Positions 63,876 through 64,000 of a DNA stretch of 64,000 nt are shown in pieces (position 1 is the stretch's first letter; the number at the start of each line of letters is the position of its first letter). Under the pieces are notes generated by a model. It saw only the letters and a program-made list of their open reading frames with translations. It had not been told where the DNA came from and made no database searches. The position numbers were made by a program, and so were the translations under genes. This DNA comes from Limnothrix sp. BL-A-16 (lineage in GTDB: Bacteria > Cyanobacteriota > Cyanobacteriia > CACIAM-69d). The stretch spans positions 4,256,001-4,320,000 of the forward strand of contig CP166615.1 in the NCBI GenBank assembly GCA_041937175.2. The letters are read 5' to 3'.

Positions 63876-64000
63876 ATGGCGTACAACCCGGCGATTCATC
63901 ATAGGCGATCAATTCGATTAAAGGGATTTGATTATTCGCAGTCAGCCGTTTATTTCGTGACGCTTTGTTGTTATCAACGGGAATGTTTATTTGGAACAAT
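63876..64000 (+). CDS. REP-associated tyrosine transposase (RAYT, IS200/Y1 family), 5' part only
   Basis: Hand translation MAYNPAIHHRRSIRLKGFDYSQSAVYFVTLCCYQRECLFGT.. matches the RRSIRL.G.DYS..G.YFVT.C N-terminus; preceded by GTAG REPs. Not in the ORF track. Confidence 0.85.
   Translation, partial: MAYNPAIHHRRSIRLKGFDYSQSAVYFVTLCCYQRECLFGT

Overview
Chromosomal window from a cyanobacterium. HIP1 (GCGATCGC) is dense, and hetR, psbQ, petC, ndhV and PAM68 are present; a filamentous lineage is inferred from hetR. Most of the window is housekeeping genes (eno, ruvC, tadA, lysA-cdaA-uppS, aroF, rpsO, glgB, moaC, folD-crtE, purB, htpG, acnB) plus tRNA-Pro(UGG) and tRNA-Arg(ACG). Accessory material: (i) a type IIG-like restriction-modification gene running off the left edge, absent from the ORF track; (ii) a defence/TA cluster at about 53-61 kb (MntA-HepT, two VapBC-like pairs, GmrSD). 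Its two antitoxins share an identical 36-aa N-terminal module, and a third, nonsense-inactivated copy of that module closes the array, giving a repeat-cassette-repeat-cassette-repeat layout; (iii) two MITE families, one nested in the other at the centre of a dispersed 22-bp palindrome that both families also carry; (iv) REP palindromes and a REP doublet next to a RAYT-like transposase at the right edge. Other notable items are a Ras-like GTPase beside a PAS-GAF adenylate cyclase, a GlnD-type tandem-ACT protein upstream of hetR, murT/gatD separated by two TPR-glycosyltransferase paralogues, a cysteine-free PsbQ, and an unannotated 38-aa membrane ORF. All calls come from motif recognition by eye; no searches were run.
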